Origin: Fibrobacteria bacterium
GTDB taxonomy: Bacteria; Fibrobacterota; Chitinivibrionia; Chitinivibrionales; FEN-1185
DNA length: 30,878 nt
NCBI GenBank assembly: GCA_037447435.1
Contig: JBBIGR010000052.1
Location: 1 to 30,878, forward strand
Direction of reading: 5' to 3'
Under the pieces are notes generated by a model that saw only the letters and a program-made list of their open reading frames with translations, ran no database searches and had not been told where the DNA came from. Both the position numbers and the translations under genes were made by a program. Positions 9,272 through 18,622 of this stretch are shown in pieces. Every line of letters begins with the position of its first letter. The stretch's first letter is position 1.

Positions 9272-10609
9272 TTATTTATTTTTAAGCAAGTATTTTATTT
9301 CCAGACCAGTCATGAAAACATTTGACGTAATGGAAGGAATAATTGAAAATTCCAATTGTGACCCGATTTTCCCGCGCAGCCCCAGAGCAAGCTCTTCTGC
9401 AAAAAGATTTACTGATCTACTTTTTGTCATTTGGTCATTTTGCGTGAGCTTTGAAATTGAACCGTCAATTTCCGGTGTAAAACGCAAAATCGAATAAACG
9501 TCGGATTTAAATAAATTTATATCAACGATGCAAGGAAATTTCAAAAATCCATTGAATTCCCTTTGGTTCGATCGTTCAAAATGGGTAAGATCGGAAAATG
9601 CAATGTTCGATTGAGCTATAAAAGGAACGCTTTCACTCGCTCCGATATTAATCCCTAAAAACAATGAGTGTTTTAAATAGTGTAACAATTTTCCTTGAGA
9701 ACCCTCTACTCCAACACCAATGGCACCTGTGTAAGGATACGGATTACTGGAAGCATTTGTGTAATTGGTATTTACATTTCTCGTAACCCCATTTACAGTA
9801 ATATTTAGCTGTTGCCCATTTTGGTTTATTATTCCTGCTGTAAATGCCCCGCCTACAGATTTGTCATCGGATGTAGCAGAACTCTCAGACTGAGTTACTC
9901 CATAATAGTAGGTATTTGAGTAATTACTAGAATAGTTTGATCGTTCTCCCCTATTGTAAACACCATATAGACCAATTAACAAATCATATTTTGTCGAAGC
10001 CTTAATTAAGGAGTTCGCATATATCGAAACATATTTATTTTTTAATGTGCTTGAACTTTTGTAATAACTGAAATTGTTGTAATAATATGTACTGCTATAC
10101 GAATACGATGAATAATCTGAACGAGAGCTGCCATAAGCACCATCGACAACCAAAGAAATTCCACGGAGGGCTCTATCATTTTTGGGAGTAAACCATACAG
10201 CACATCGACCGGTAGCATAATCCTGGATACTCGTATTGCTAGACTCTACACTTTGATCGTTTCCCGATAAATTGCCAATCCATCCACCGATTTTCCCGAT
10301 TCCTGAATTCACTTCTGACCATGCGTATAAATCACTCCAATTGAGCCCCGATTGCGGTATCGCCATATTCGTATTTAAAAAGCTTTTTAGGCCCTGCGAT
10401 GCAGACAGATACCCCGCGGCTATGGAAGAGGACGTATCCTTTATTAATCCCGGAAAATAGATTTTCCTTGAAACGGTCTGGGTTGAATCACCGGCAAATA
10501 AAATACCGCGATAATAATTATCAAGTACGGTATTGCTAGCAAAATCATAAATTTGTTGGGAAGATACCGAGTAATAAAACAGAATAATAACTGCAGCAAC
10601 CTTCTGCAT
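9272..10609 (-). CDS. Hypothetical exported protein, possible outer-membrane beta-barrel; AT-rich gene
   Basis: Long ORF with a signal peptide, RBS AGGAG 6 nt before the ATG at 10609, S/Y/N-rich loops and a C-terminal strand TGLEIKY. Confidence 0.65.
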   Translation of the reverse strand: MQKVAAVIILFYYSVSSQQIYDFASNTVLDNYYRGILFAGDSTQTVSRKIYFPGLIKDTSSSIAAGYLSASQGLKSFLNTNMAIPQSGLNWSDLYAWSEVNSGIGKIGGWIGNLSGNDQSVESSNTSIQDYATGRCAVWFTPKNDRALRGISLVVDGAYGSSRSDYSSYSYSSTYYYNNFSYYKSSSTLKNKYVSIYANSLIKASTKYDLLIGLYGVYNRGERSNYSSNYSNTYYYGVTQSESSATSDDKSVGGAFTAGIINQNGQQLNITVNGVTRNVNTNYTNASSNPYPYTGAIGVGVEGSQGKLLHYLKHSLFLGINIGASESVPFIAQSNIAFSDLTHFERSNQREFNGFLKFPCIVDINLFKSDVYSILRFTPEIDGSISKLTQNDQMTKSRSVNLFAEELALGLRGKIGSQLEFSIIPSITSNVFMTGLEIKYLLKNK

Positions 10610-10728
10610 AAGCAACTCCTATTGTTTAATGGTAAAACCAGTTTAAATCGCGATCATTACCTGGTTATAGTCTATATATCAATTAACATCTGATTAAATA
10701 TATAATCTTTTTTCTACCTTAACACGAT

Positions 10729-10777
10729 TCTAATTGAGCAAAGTGTTTTCTCGCAGAAAACATTTTGCTCAATTAGA
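10729..10777. repeat. 49-bp near-perfect inverted repeat in a divergent intergenic region
   Basis: TCTAATTGAGCAAAGTGTTTTCT-CGC-AGAAAACATTTTGCTCAATTAGA: 23-bp arms with one G-T pair. Confidence 0.85.
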
Positions 10778-10961
10778 GTAAGAGTAGGAACTGTTATTGA
10801 TCCCCGTTAGCAGCTTCCGCGATTTAAAGGTACTGTTTCGCCGGCTTCCTGCGAGTGGCGTTTGCTACCCAATCCAATTAATAATCGAAAACCGGATAAT
10901 TTTCATATATCTTTAATATTGTTGGCGTATTGAGTTTACGTTTTTTTCAAAGGATTACACA

Positions 10962-11999
10962 ATGAAATCATTATTGTCGTTTACCGTTTTATTTTTTATT
11001 TTGCATGTTTCGGCAGCCCCCAATCCCGACAAATCGAAACTTTCCGGCTATCATATTGTCGACAGTTTAAAACTCGGCGGCGAAGGCGGCTGGGACCTCT
11101 ATGGCCTTGATACTGCCGCGCAACGGTTATACGTCTCACGAAGCACGCGCGTGCAAGTTATAAATTGTAAAACGGATTCCCTCATTGGCGAAATCCCGAA
11201 TACAAACGGGGTCCACGGAATCGCCATAGCATCCGAGTTCGGCAAAGGCTTTACAAGTAACGGTAAAGACTCTTCGGTCACCGTATTTGACCTCAAAACC
11301 TTCAAACGGCTTGCATTAGTGAAACTGCAGGCCCGAAATCCCGACGTTATCCTTTTTGAGCCCAAATCGGGTCGGGTCTTTGTGTTTAACGGCGGAAGCA
11401 ACAACGCGGTCGTACTCGATGCAAAAACAAATGAAATCATAGGTACTGTTTCGTTTGAGGGTAAACCGGAACTCGCGGTTTCCGATTCTAAAGGCAATGT
11501 ATTTGTCAACATAGAAGATAAAAGTTCAATTGTCCGCTTTGATGCGCAATCGCTGAAAATCATCAATACCTGGACTCTTTCTCCGGGCAAAGAACCCACC
11601 GGCCTTGCCATAGACAGTAAAAGCCGCAGGCTGTTCTCGACATGCAATAACAACCTGATGATGGTTCTCGATGCCGATTCGGGAAAAGTGGTGGCACAAC
11701 TTCCCATTGGCAACGGCGTCGACGGGGCGGGTTTCGACCCGACGACGAATTTCGCATTCAGCTCCAACGGCGACGGTACATTGACAATAGTTCACGAGGA
11801 ATCGCCGACGAAGTTTTCCGTGGTCGACAATGTTCCGACCCGTAAAGGTGCCCGCACCATGATTTTTAATGAGAAAAACAACCGGATCTATATGCTTTCG
11901 GCCCAATTCGGCCCGGCCCCGGCACCTTCGGCCGAACGCCCGCACCCCCGTCCGGTCATTGAGCCCGGCAGCGTAACGCTGTATGTATTCGGCAGGTAG
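10962..11999 (+). CDS. YncE/YVTN-family beta-propeller protein, exported
   Basis: Signal peptide and motifs GGEGGWD, GVHGIAIA, GFTSNG, EPTGLAID, IGNGVDGAGFDP and GARTM. Confidence 0.88.
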   Translation: MKSLLSFTVLFFILHVSAAPNPDKSKLSGYHIVDSLKLGGEGGWDLYGLDTAAQRLYVSRSTRVQVINCKTDSLIGEIPNTNGVHGIAIASEFGKGFTSNGKDSSVTVFDLKTFKRLALVKLQARNPDVILFEPKSGRVFVFNGGSNNAVVLDAKTNEIIGTVSFEGKPELAVSDSKGNVFVNIEDKSSIVRFDAQSLKIINTWTLSPGKEPTGLAIDSKSRRLFSTCNNNLMMVLDADSGKVVAQLPIGNGVDGAGFDPTTNFAFSSNGDGTLTIVHEESPTKFSVVDNVPTRKGARTMIFNEKNNRIYMLSAQFGPAPAPSAERPHPRPVIEPGSVTLYVFGR

Positions 12000-12011
12000 A
12001 TGCCGGCGTAT

Positions 12012-13433
12012 TTACAAATGTAATCCGAGTCGCGACACGAGCACGATTAAAGGGCTTCGGTTAAGAAATTGCCAGGAAAGGATTGCCGAAGCGGCGTTCA
12101 TGCCTATCGACACCGTAACAATTGCAATCATTACGGCACGGACAAACCGGTTTTTCCAAACGTGCATCGACGGAATTCGAATGAGGGAAATGAGCAAGAG
12201 AGGAAGGACAGGAATTATAAGACGCGGGCCGAATACATCGCCACCGCTCGGACAAACATTAATTGCAATTACGGAAAAATATATTGCAAATCCTAAAATA
12301 AGTGCCAATGCGTCTCCGCCGAACTTCCTGAAAAAAGCCGGCCATGCAATCAGAGACAAAAGCGCCAACGGGCATGTCCATATAATGCCGCGTTGCGTCG
12401 ATACCCACAAAAGAGTGGAGCCTTCAAAAAAATTTCCAAATTCAAAGACTTGGCAAAAATTTCGATACGAGCCGAACATTGCCTTATTAAGACACATCTG
12501 GACAATCGCTGCAACGACTGCCGGGGCAACGATTACAACAATTTTTTTTAAATCAAAAAACCTTCTACTCGAAAAAATATGATACAAAAGTGCCAGTACC
12601 AGGGGCGCAAGCAATACAATGAAAAAGGGTTTCATAAGCATACCCAAGCCGATGAAAACTCCGGCGAAAAAATATTTTTGATACCGTATGACCATTGTAA
12701 ATGCCGCTACCGCGAATAACGCAAGAAACGCCTCCGTGTATAACACTCTTCCGTAATGCCAAAGCGGTGACCCGAGAACAATAATCGAGGCAACAATATC
12801 GGCTGCAGGGCGGTCCGGTGTAAAACGCCTGAGCAACAGGGAAAGAAATACAAAAATAAAAAACACTGCCGCGCCTGTTAGCGCCAGTGACAACGGCTCG
12901 ATTAAAAATGGTACGGCTTTGAAAAAGAAAATGAATGGCGCAAGCACAAATGCCATTCCCGGCGGATGCACGCTGTATTCCGGGGAAAAGGCCGCTTGCG
13001 AAATATCATCGACTATCGGAACAGGCGCCGGGAATCCACTGCTGTCGATCGTCCATTTCCAACGGTCGTAAAATTCTATCCAACTGCGTTGTTTTCCGTT
13101 CAGTTTAAAATACGTTTGATGATTCAGCGGTTTTTTTGCAAACCGGATTCCCGCCTGTAGCGAGCCATGATGCGAAGCCAGATAATTGTTGTGTAAATCA
13201 AGATCTCCGTCGTAAACAAGACTGTTGATACTCAGGAGATAATGCGGTTCATCGCCGTTCAAAACATGCGGCAGTCCGACGTGTATTTTCTCGCCGCGCA
13301 ACGGTTTGTCGAAACAATGCGGAATAAAGACCAAAATGAAAGTTACTGCCCAAATCACCGGCGATATCGGCATTGTTCGAGAAAAGAGTTTACTCATTTC
13401 CTGATTATATGGTATGTACCGAGCGCGAGTCAA
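12012..13433 (-). CDS. Polytopic membrane protein, GT-C (ArnT/PMT-like) glycosyltransferase
   Basis: GDEPHY in the first external loop, HPPG, SPLWHYGRVLYTE, LMKP and FGPRLIIPVLP, with many hydrophobic segments. The start codon is uncertain. Confidence 0.7.
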   Translation of the reverse strand: MTRARYIPYNQEMSKLFSRTMPISPVIWAVTFILVFIPHCFDKPLRGEKIHVGLPHVLNGDEPHYLLSINSLVYDGDLDLHNNYLASHHGSLQAGIRFAKKPLNHQTYFKLNGKQRSWIEFYDRWKWTIDSSGFPAPVPIVDDISQAAFSPEYSVHPPGMAFVLAPFIFFFKAVPFLIEPLSLALTGAAVFFIFVFLSLLLRRFTPDRPAADIVASIIVLGSPLWHYGRVLYTEAFLALFAVAAFTMVIRYQKYFFAGVFIGLGMLMKPFFIVLLAPLVLALLYHIFSSRRFFDLKKIVVIVAPAVVAAIVQMCLNKAMFGSYRNFCQVFEFGNFFEGSTLLWVSTQRGIIWTCPLALLSLIAWPAFFRKFGGDALALILGFAIYFSVIAINVCPSGGDVFGPRLIIPVLPLLLISLIRIPSMHVWKNRFVRAVMIAIVTVSIGMNAASAILSWQFLNRSPLIVLVSRLGLHL

Positions 13434-13502
13434 ATGGATTTTCAGTGGAGCCTGTTGGCGGCAATGCTATCCTCATGACGCCAGCGAAGTAAACCACACA
13501 AT

Positions 13503-15254
13503 CTACTTTGTCAAAACCAAGGTTTTGCTCAAAGATTTTCCGGAGGCCGGAACAACGGTGCATACGTAAATCCCTTCCAAAACGGTTTGGGGAAGGATAC
13601 AGTCGAAACCGGCCCTGCTTGGCAAAACGTTGCGCTCGAATATTTTCCTGCCCGCCACCGTTTTCAGCGATACGGTGGCCGCGGTTCCGTTACCGGTCAG
13701 TCGGATTTTGTTCCCCAAACAACTAATTCCAATGGGCGATTCGGCTTCCGCACCGGCGGAATGTTCCAACCTCGTCGGAGCCGACAATGCAAGATCGGCA
13801 TACCAGGTAACGGTTGTGCCATCGGCCGTTGTCGGAAAGGAATTCGAAGACGCCACGGTTTTATTCGCCTTTGTATCGATAACGCTGAAATCTTTTATGG
13901 TAAGCGCGGAACCGTCGTTTACGGAGTCCTTCACGATGCAATACCATCGGTAGGTTGTTCCGTTTGCCAACGCGAAAGAGTCGACAAGCCCGGTAAAATC
14001 CAGGCAAAATGTGCCGTCCACGGCACTTGTGGTCCCGTTAAAAGACAAAGCCCCGCCTTTTTCATTCAAGGCCTCATTATCCCATGTCGCAGCCGGTGTG
14101 GTGCGAGAGAGATCGGAATATCCTATTCTAACCGCGATTTGATTGCGTTTCGCATGGCGCAAGGTGAATTGACCGATCAGTTTCGGCGCGTAATTTGGCT
14201 TTACCGTGCACCAGGCGGTTTCGATAATCAAGTTGTCTTTTAAGGCATTGGTATACCCCGCGACTTTCGATTGCTTTATCAGGGCATCATAGGCTATCCA
14301 GCAAAATCCGCCGTCTTCATACCCGGTGCCCCAATTATTTACAATACGCAACGCCCCTTTTTCACCGCTGTCGACCTTGCCGTTGCCGTTAATATCGGTC
14401 CAAATGTTATCGTTATACCCGACAATGGTCATCGCATGGTCGCAACCGCCTTTTGTCCAGGCAACCACGTTCTTTCCGACCCAGGCGTCATCGGCGGCAG
14501 TGGCGGGGTCGTCTTTTATTTTAATGTATTGCCAATTGCCGATGCTCGTGGAAAAGGCGATAATGTACCCGTTGACCAAAAACCTTTTCAAATTGGCAAG
14601 CTCGGTATCGGTGCGCAACAGGCCGAGGGAGCCGATTTGGTCGATCCGGTTATTCAGTGCGGCGCGCCATACGGCGGCGCTGGTGCTCCATTGCGTGCAA
14701 TTTGTGTCGTACGGCATGTCTTTCAAGGAAGCGCAACCGTTCTTCTTTAAAATCATATACGTATCGGTAAAGTTCGTGCCGTTATTGCCTCCGCCATTGA
14801 CAAAATCAAAAGTCCATTTTGTGGAAAACCTGTTATTGTCCGAGTTGGCCGCGGTTTTATTCGCGAAATTGGCCATATACGAAAACTGATAATAGGTGGT
14901 TGAAAACGCTGCGCAGCAATTGAGATTTCCCTGAGAAGAAACAGGGGGAAAATACGATAATTTGCTGTTATCGACATTATCGGGAAGCGCAGTCTGCGCT
15001 AATGAAACCTTATTCAAACCGGTCGGCAATGTTCCTAGCCCTTTTTCTATGCGATATTCGTTAATTCTGGTAATTGCAAGGTCTGTGAGCCCGACACTTT
15101 CAATAGAGGTGGAATTATCGATAAACCATTGTTTTTCTTGTTCTGTGGGAATTCTATACCCTTTGGCATGCGGATCATTGTCCATTTCATTCGCCGCCAA
15201 AGCGCCCATATACATAAAACCGATAATAGCCATGATGATGCTGCACTTAGCCAT
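13503..15254 (-). CDS. Secreted papain-like (C1) cysteine protease with a T9SS-like C-terminal domain
   Basis: LPDNVD, SQGNLNCCAAFS (oxyanion Gln, catalytic Cys), DHAMTIVGYND (His) and IVNNWG (Asn). Signal peptide; RBS AAGGAG; tail VAGRKI...GIYVCTV. Confidence 0.9.
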   Translation of the reverse strand: MAKCSIIMAIIGFMYMGALAANEMDNDPHAKGYRIPTEQEKQWFIDNSTSIESVGLTDLAITRINEYRIEKGLGTLPTGLNKVSLAQTALPDNVDNSKLSYFPPVSSQGNLNCCAAFSTTYYQFSYMANFANKTAANSDNNRFSTKWTFDFVNGGGNNGTNFTDTYMILKKNGCASLKDMPYDTNCTQWSTSAAVWRAALNNRIDQIGSLGLLRTDTELANLKRFLVNGYIIAFSTSIGNWQYIKIKDDPATAADDAWVGKNVVAWTKGGCDHAMTIVGYNDNIWTDINGNGKVDSGEKGALRIVNNWGTGYEDGGFCWIAYDALIKQSKVAGYTNALKDNLIIETAWCTVKPNYAPKLIGQFTLRHAKRNQIAVRIGYSDLSRTTPAATWDNEALNEKGGALSFNGTTSAVDGTFCLDFTGLVDSFALANGTTYRWYCIVKDSVNDGSALTIKDFSVIDTKANKTVASSNSFPTTADGTTVTWYADLALSAPTRLEHSAGAEAESPIGISCLGNKIRLTGNGTAATVSLKTVAGRKIFERNVLPSRAGFDCILPQTVLEGIYVCTVVPASGKSLSKTLVLTK

Positions 15255-15549
15255 CAATTACTCCTTTAATGAACGCGGATATGTGCCCAAAAAAGCTCCG
15301 GGCTTAAATCATTTTTATTTTCCCTATCCATAACAATACTTAAAAATTAAAAAAAAATCATGTTTTTTCCTGAAACGCCTTGATAGTATGCAATAAACTG
15401 AAACAAATGACCGAATTTTTCATAAAGGTTGATGTGCGCCCGCACTAAATTCTTGAATATTGTATATTGAAATTCGTATTCTTTCCAAAGTGTGTTCAAA
15501 CAGCGCCCGATTTTTTCCACAAAAAACATTTTCATCGGAGATTTCCAGA

Positions 15550-16035
15550 ATGGCCAAAACCGAGAAAATATCGAGTTACAGTCGTTTTGCAGTATTGCTT
15601 TTTACAATCGGCGGACTATTTGCCGTTGATTCTTTATTTCATCTGTCGTTTATTTACAAATTATGGCCGTTAATCATAACGATGCTCGGCATTGGTTTTA
15701 TCGGTATATTTAAAACCCGCGATAGGAAAGAATCTTTATATTTGTCCGTCGGCATTTACCTTGTCTGCTTCAGTTTCTTGGCGCTCTTTTGCGATTTCAC
15801 CAATTGGGCAATACTAAAATCATTTTGGCCGATTTTCATAGCGTTCCTCGGTATTTCTATTACTTTTTCCTATGCGCTTTGCCAAAAAAAAACGGCATGG
15901 TTGCTTGCCGGTCTGCTGTTGCTATCGACATCTGCGGTCTTTTTCCTGGTTTTCTCCGTTAGTAAAGAACTATGGTGGAGCGTATTTCTTCTCGCCGGTA
16001 TGAGCGTATGGATCGCCGAGAGGGACGCTAAATGA
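15550..16035 (+). CDS. Membrane protein (LiaF/LiaI-like transmembrane repeats)
   Basis: About six hydrophobic segments with repeated LWPLII/FWPIFI motifs. Its stop overlaps the next start. Confidence 0.7.
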   Translation: MAKTEKISSYSRFAVLLFTIGGLFAVDSLFHLSFIYKLWPLIITMLGIGFIGIFKTRDRKESLYLSVGIYLVCFSFLALFCDFTNWAILKSFWPIFIAFLGISITFSYALCQKKTAWLLAGLLLLSTSAVFFLVFSVSKELWWSVFLLAGMSVWIAERDAK

Positions 16036-17462
16036 GCCAAGCAAATAAAAAGTCCGTTGTTTTCATAGAACCTTCAGGCGCTGCGGCGAATGTTTTCGAA
16101 AAGTACATGAAGCTGCCCCTGACCGGTACCTTGTACCTAGGCACCATACTCCATAACGCGGGATACGATGTTCGGATTTTCAATGAAAGCGTATTACCGC
16201 AACGCATTGATCCGTTTGCCATAAAAGCCGACGTGTTTTGCATTTCATCGTTAACGACTTCGTCGGGCCGGGCCAAGGCCCTTGCCAATCAAATCAGACG
16301 CATTTATCCGCATTGCAAAATCATTATCGGCGGTATTCACGCCTCGCTGTTGCCCCACGATTTCGACGAAGTGGCGGACCAGATTGTCCAAGGAGAAGCG
16401 GAAAAGAACATCATCGACATCATCGAGGGGAAATATTCCGAAAAAATCGTACAAGGACAGGCGATAGACGATATCGAACAATTACCGCTTATAAATTACG
16501 ATCTTATCCAGGGCCGCGAATCAATGGACATTATTCCGGTCATGACATCACGCGGGTGCCCGTTCGATTGCAATTTCTGCACCGTTACCAAGATTTTCGG
16601 CAAACGATTCCGCATGCAATCTCCCAAACGCATTATCGAAGAACTCAAACACGCTTTATCGTTTTTTAAAACCCGAAACGTTTTCTTTTACGACGACAAC
16701 TTTACCGCCAATCAAGGCCGGATCAACGAGCTTTGCGACATGATTCTTGACGAAGGAATAGACATCGCATGGACCGCCCAGGTACGCCAGGACATAGCCA
16801 AAAATCCCGAATTGCTTAGAAAAATGGGCAAAACGGGCTGCCGCATTGTTTTCATCGGCTTCGAATCGATCAATAACGAAGCGCTGGCGGCAATGCACAA
16901 GTCACAAACGAAACAGGATATAGAAAACTCGATACGAATCATTCAGCGCTCAGGCATCAATATCCACGGCATGTTCATTTTCGGCGACGATAACGATACG
17001 GTGCAAAACATGCGTCAAACCGTCGACTTTGCAATTAATCAACATATCGACACCGTACAATTCATGATACTCACGCCCTTTCCCGGCACTCCCGTCTATG
17101 AGAAAATCAAGGCCGAGAAACGGTTATTCCACGAACGCTGGGAGTATTATAACGGCATGTTCATCGTTTTCCAGCCTAAAACAATGACGCCGGCGCAATT
17201 GCAAAACGAAATGATAACGGCATATAAAAAATTTTATTCGTTACAACATTTGTCGCTGGAGATGCTGAAACTTATTTTTACTGTTTTCATAGACGCGTTG
17301 GTTTGGAATTTCGACCGTGTGTTTCGGTTCAGTTTCGAATCGCTGCTGCTGAAAGGCGGCTTCAAATTTTTGGTAACGAAATTCACGAAATTGTACGGCG
17401 GATATTTTCAATTCCTTGAAAACATCGATATGCCGAAACAACAACTTCATCAGGAAGATTGA
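16032..17462 (+). CDS. B12-binding-domain radical SAM protein
   Basis: IIIGGIHAS and QGEAE (cobalamin-binding domain), TSRGCPFDCNFC (CxxxCxxC), FFYDDNF, IGFES and ILTPFPGT. Confidence 0.93.
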   Translation: MSQANKKSVVFIEPSGAAANVFEKYMKLPLTGTLYLGTILHNAGYDVRIFNESVLPQRIDPFAIKADVFCISSLTTSSGRAKALANQIRRIYPHCKIIIGGIHASLLPHDFDEVADQIVQGEAEKNIIDIIEGKYSEKIVQGQAIDDIEQLPLINYDLIQGRESMDIIPVMTSRGCPFDCNFCTVTKIFGKRFRMQSPKRIIEELKHALSFFKTRNVFFYDDNFTANQGRINELCDMILDEGIDIAWTAQVRQDIAKNPELLRKMGKTGCRIVFIGFESINNEALAAMHKSQTKQDIENSIRIIQRSGINIHGMFIFGDDNDTVQNMRQTVDFAINQHIDTVQFMILTPFPGTPVYEKIKAEKRLFHERWEYYNGMFIVFQPKTMTPAQLQNEMITAYKKFYSLQHLSLEMLKLIFTVFIDALVWNFDRVFRFSFESLLLKGGFKFLVTKFTKLYGGYFQFLENIDMPKQQLHQED

Positions 17463-17490
17463 TTTATAACAAAATCATTACTACTATCAT

Positions 17491-18585
17491 ATGTCAACAA
17501 ATACCGTTAACGTGCTGTTCGAAATCGTTCAGGAATATTATTGGCCCGCCATGGAACCGATTTACCGGGAGCTCGAAAAAGACCCGGCATACCGTCTTTC
17601 TATCCGAATCGGGCCAAATCAAAAGCGTTTTGCGGGCATCTTTCTTGTTTCGCAAAGAGAGTCCATAGAACGTAAATTCGCGGGCATGGGACTTCGCGTC
17701 ACCCGTGACACTGCGGGTTACGACGTGGTCATTTGCGGCGACACGGTCAAGCATCCCGAAATTTTCGGTTCCGCCATACTCTGCAATGTCGACCATGGCC
17801 CGTGCTTTAAAACATTACGGTACCGAAACCTTCTCAAACAACCCAAAACCCCGTATCTGGTTTTGGCCGAAGGTCCCTACCGGGTGGAAAAGCTCAAGGA
17901 ACACGGTCTAGACAAAATAGATATCGTCCGAGACGTGGGGTTGCCCAAACTCGATCCGTTTTTCACCGGAAAATATTCCAGAAACGATATCGTCGAAAAG
18001 CACAAGCTAAACGCGCAAAAAAAGATCGTTCTATACGCGCCCACTTATAAGCCGACATCCATTTTTCACGTCGCCGAAAAGTTGCCGTTACTGTTGGACG
18101 AATACAATGTCATTATCAAATTGCATCCCTATAGCTGGAGCGGCAAATATGCCCCGCATTCACAGCACCGGATTTTCGAATCCCTGGCGAAAAAGCACCC
18201 CTCGCTGGTTCTGGTTTCCAAAAACGACCATGACATTATGCCGTATCTTTTCAGCGCAGATACCATGATCAGCGAAGCGTCGAGCGTGATCAATGAATTT
18301 TTGGCTCTTTCCAGATGCGGCATAATTTTCGACCTCAACGACGACGCGCTCAAACACTCCGACGGAGAACCTTTGCTCGAAGAGAAAACCACCCAATGGC
18401 TGAAAGACTCTTTCGTTCATTTGAATGACGCAAACGACCTTCCCAAAGCCGTGCATGAGGCCGTGTATCCGTCCCAAAAGCGCCTTGCGTTTCTTGAACG
18501 CGACAGGAATTACATCTATTCCTCCGTCGACGGGACATCCTCGGCCAAAGTAAAAAAGGTCTTAGAGGCTTTATTGGGGAAATAA
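17491..18585 (+). CDS. CDP-glycerol glycerophosphotransferase family protein (TagF/TagB-like)
   Basis: Motifs DHG, VGLPKLD, VLYAPTY, IKLHP and ADTMISEASSVINEF. Confidence 0.85.
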   Translation: MSTNTVNVLFEIVQEYYWPAMEPIYRELEKDPAYRLSIRIGPNQKRFAGIFLVSQRESIERKFAGMGLRVTRDTAGYDVVICGDTVKHPEIFGSAILCNVDHGPCFKTLRYRNLLKQPKTPYLVLAEGPYRVEKLKEHGLDKIDIVRDVGLPKLDPFFTGKYSRNDIVEKHKLNAQKKIVLYAPTYKPTSIFHVAEKLPLLLDEYNVIIKLHPYSWSGKYAPHSQHRIFESLAKKHPSLVLVSKNDHDIMPYLFSADTMISEASSVINEFLALSRCGIIFDLNDDALKHSDGEPLLEEKTTQWLKDSFVHLNDANDLPKAVHEAVYPSQKRLAFLERDRNYIYSSVDGTSSAKVKKVLEALLGK

Positions 18586-18622
18586 CTGCAACGTCAAGTT
18601 ACCCCGCGGTCGGCAAGATTGC

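Noticed and set aside
10790..10875. GC-richer intergenic stretch that on the minus strand (GGTAGCAAACGCC...GGCGAAAC...GCTGCTAAC) loosely recalls a c-di-GMP-I riboswitch
   Set aside because: I could not find the GNRA-capped second stem with its receptor or the conserved GCAAA spacing. An Rfam scan would be needed.
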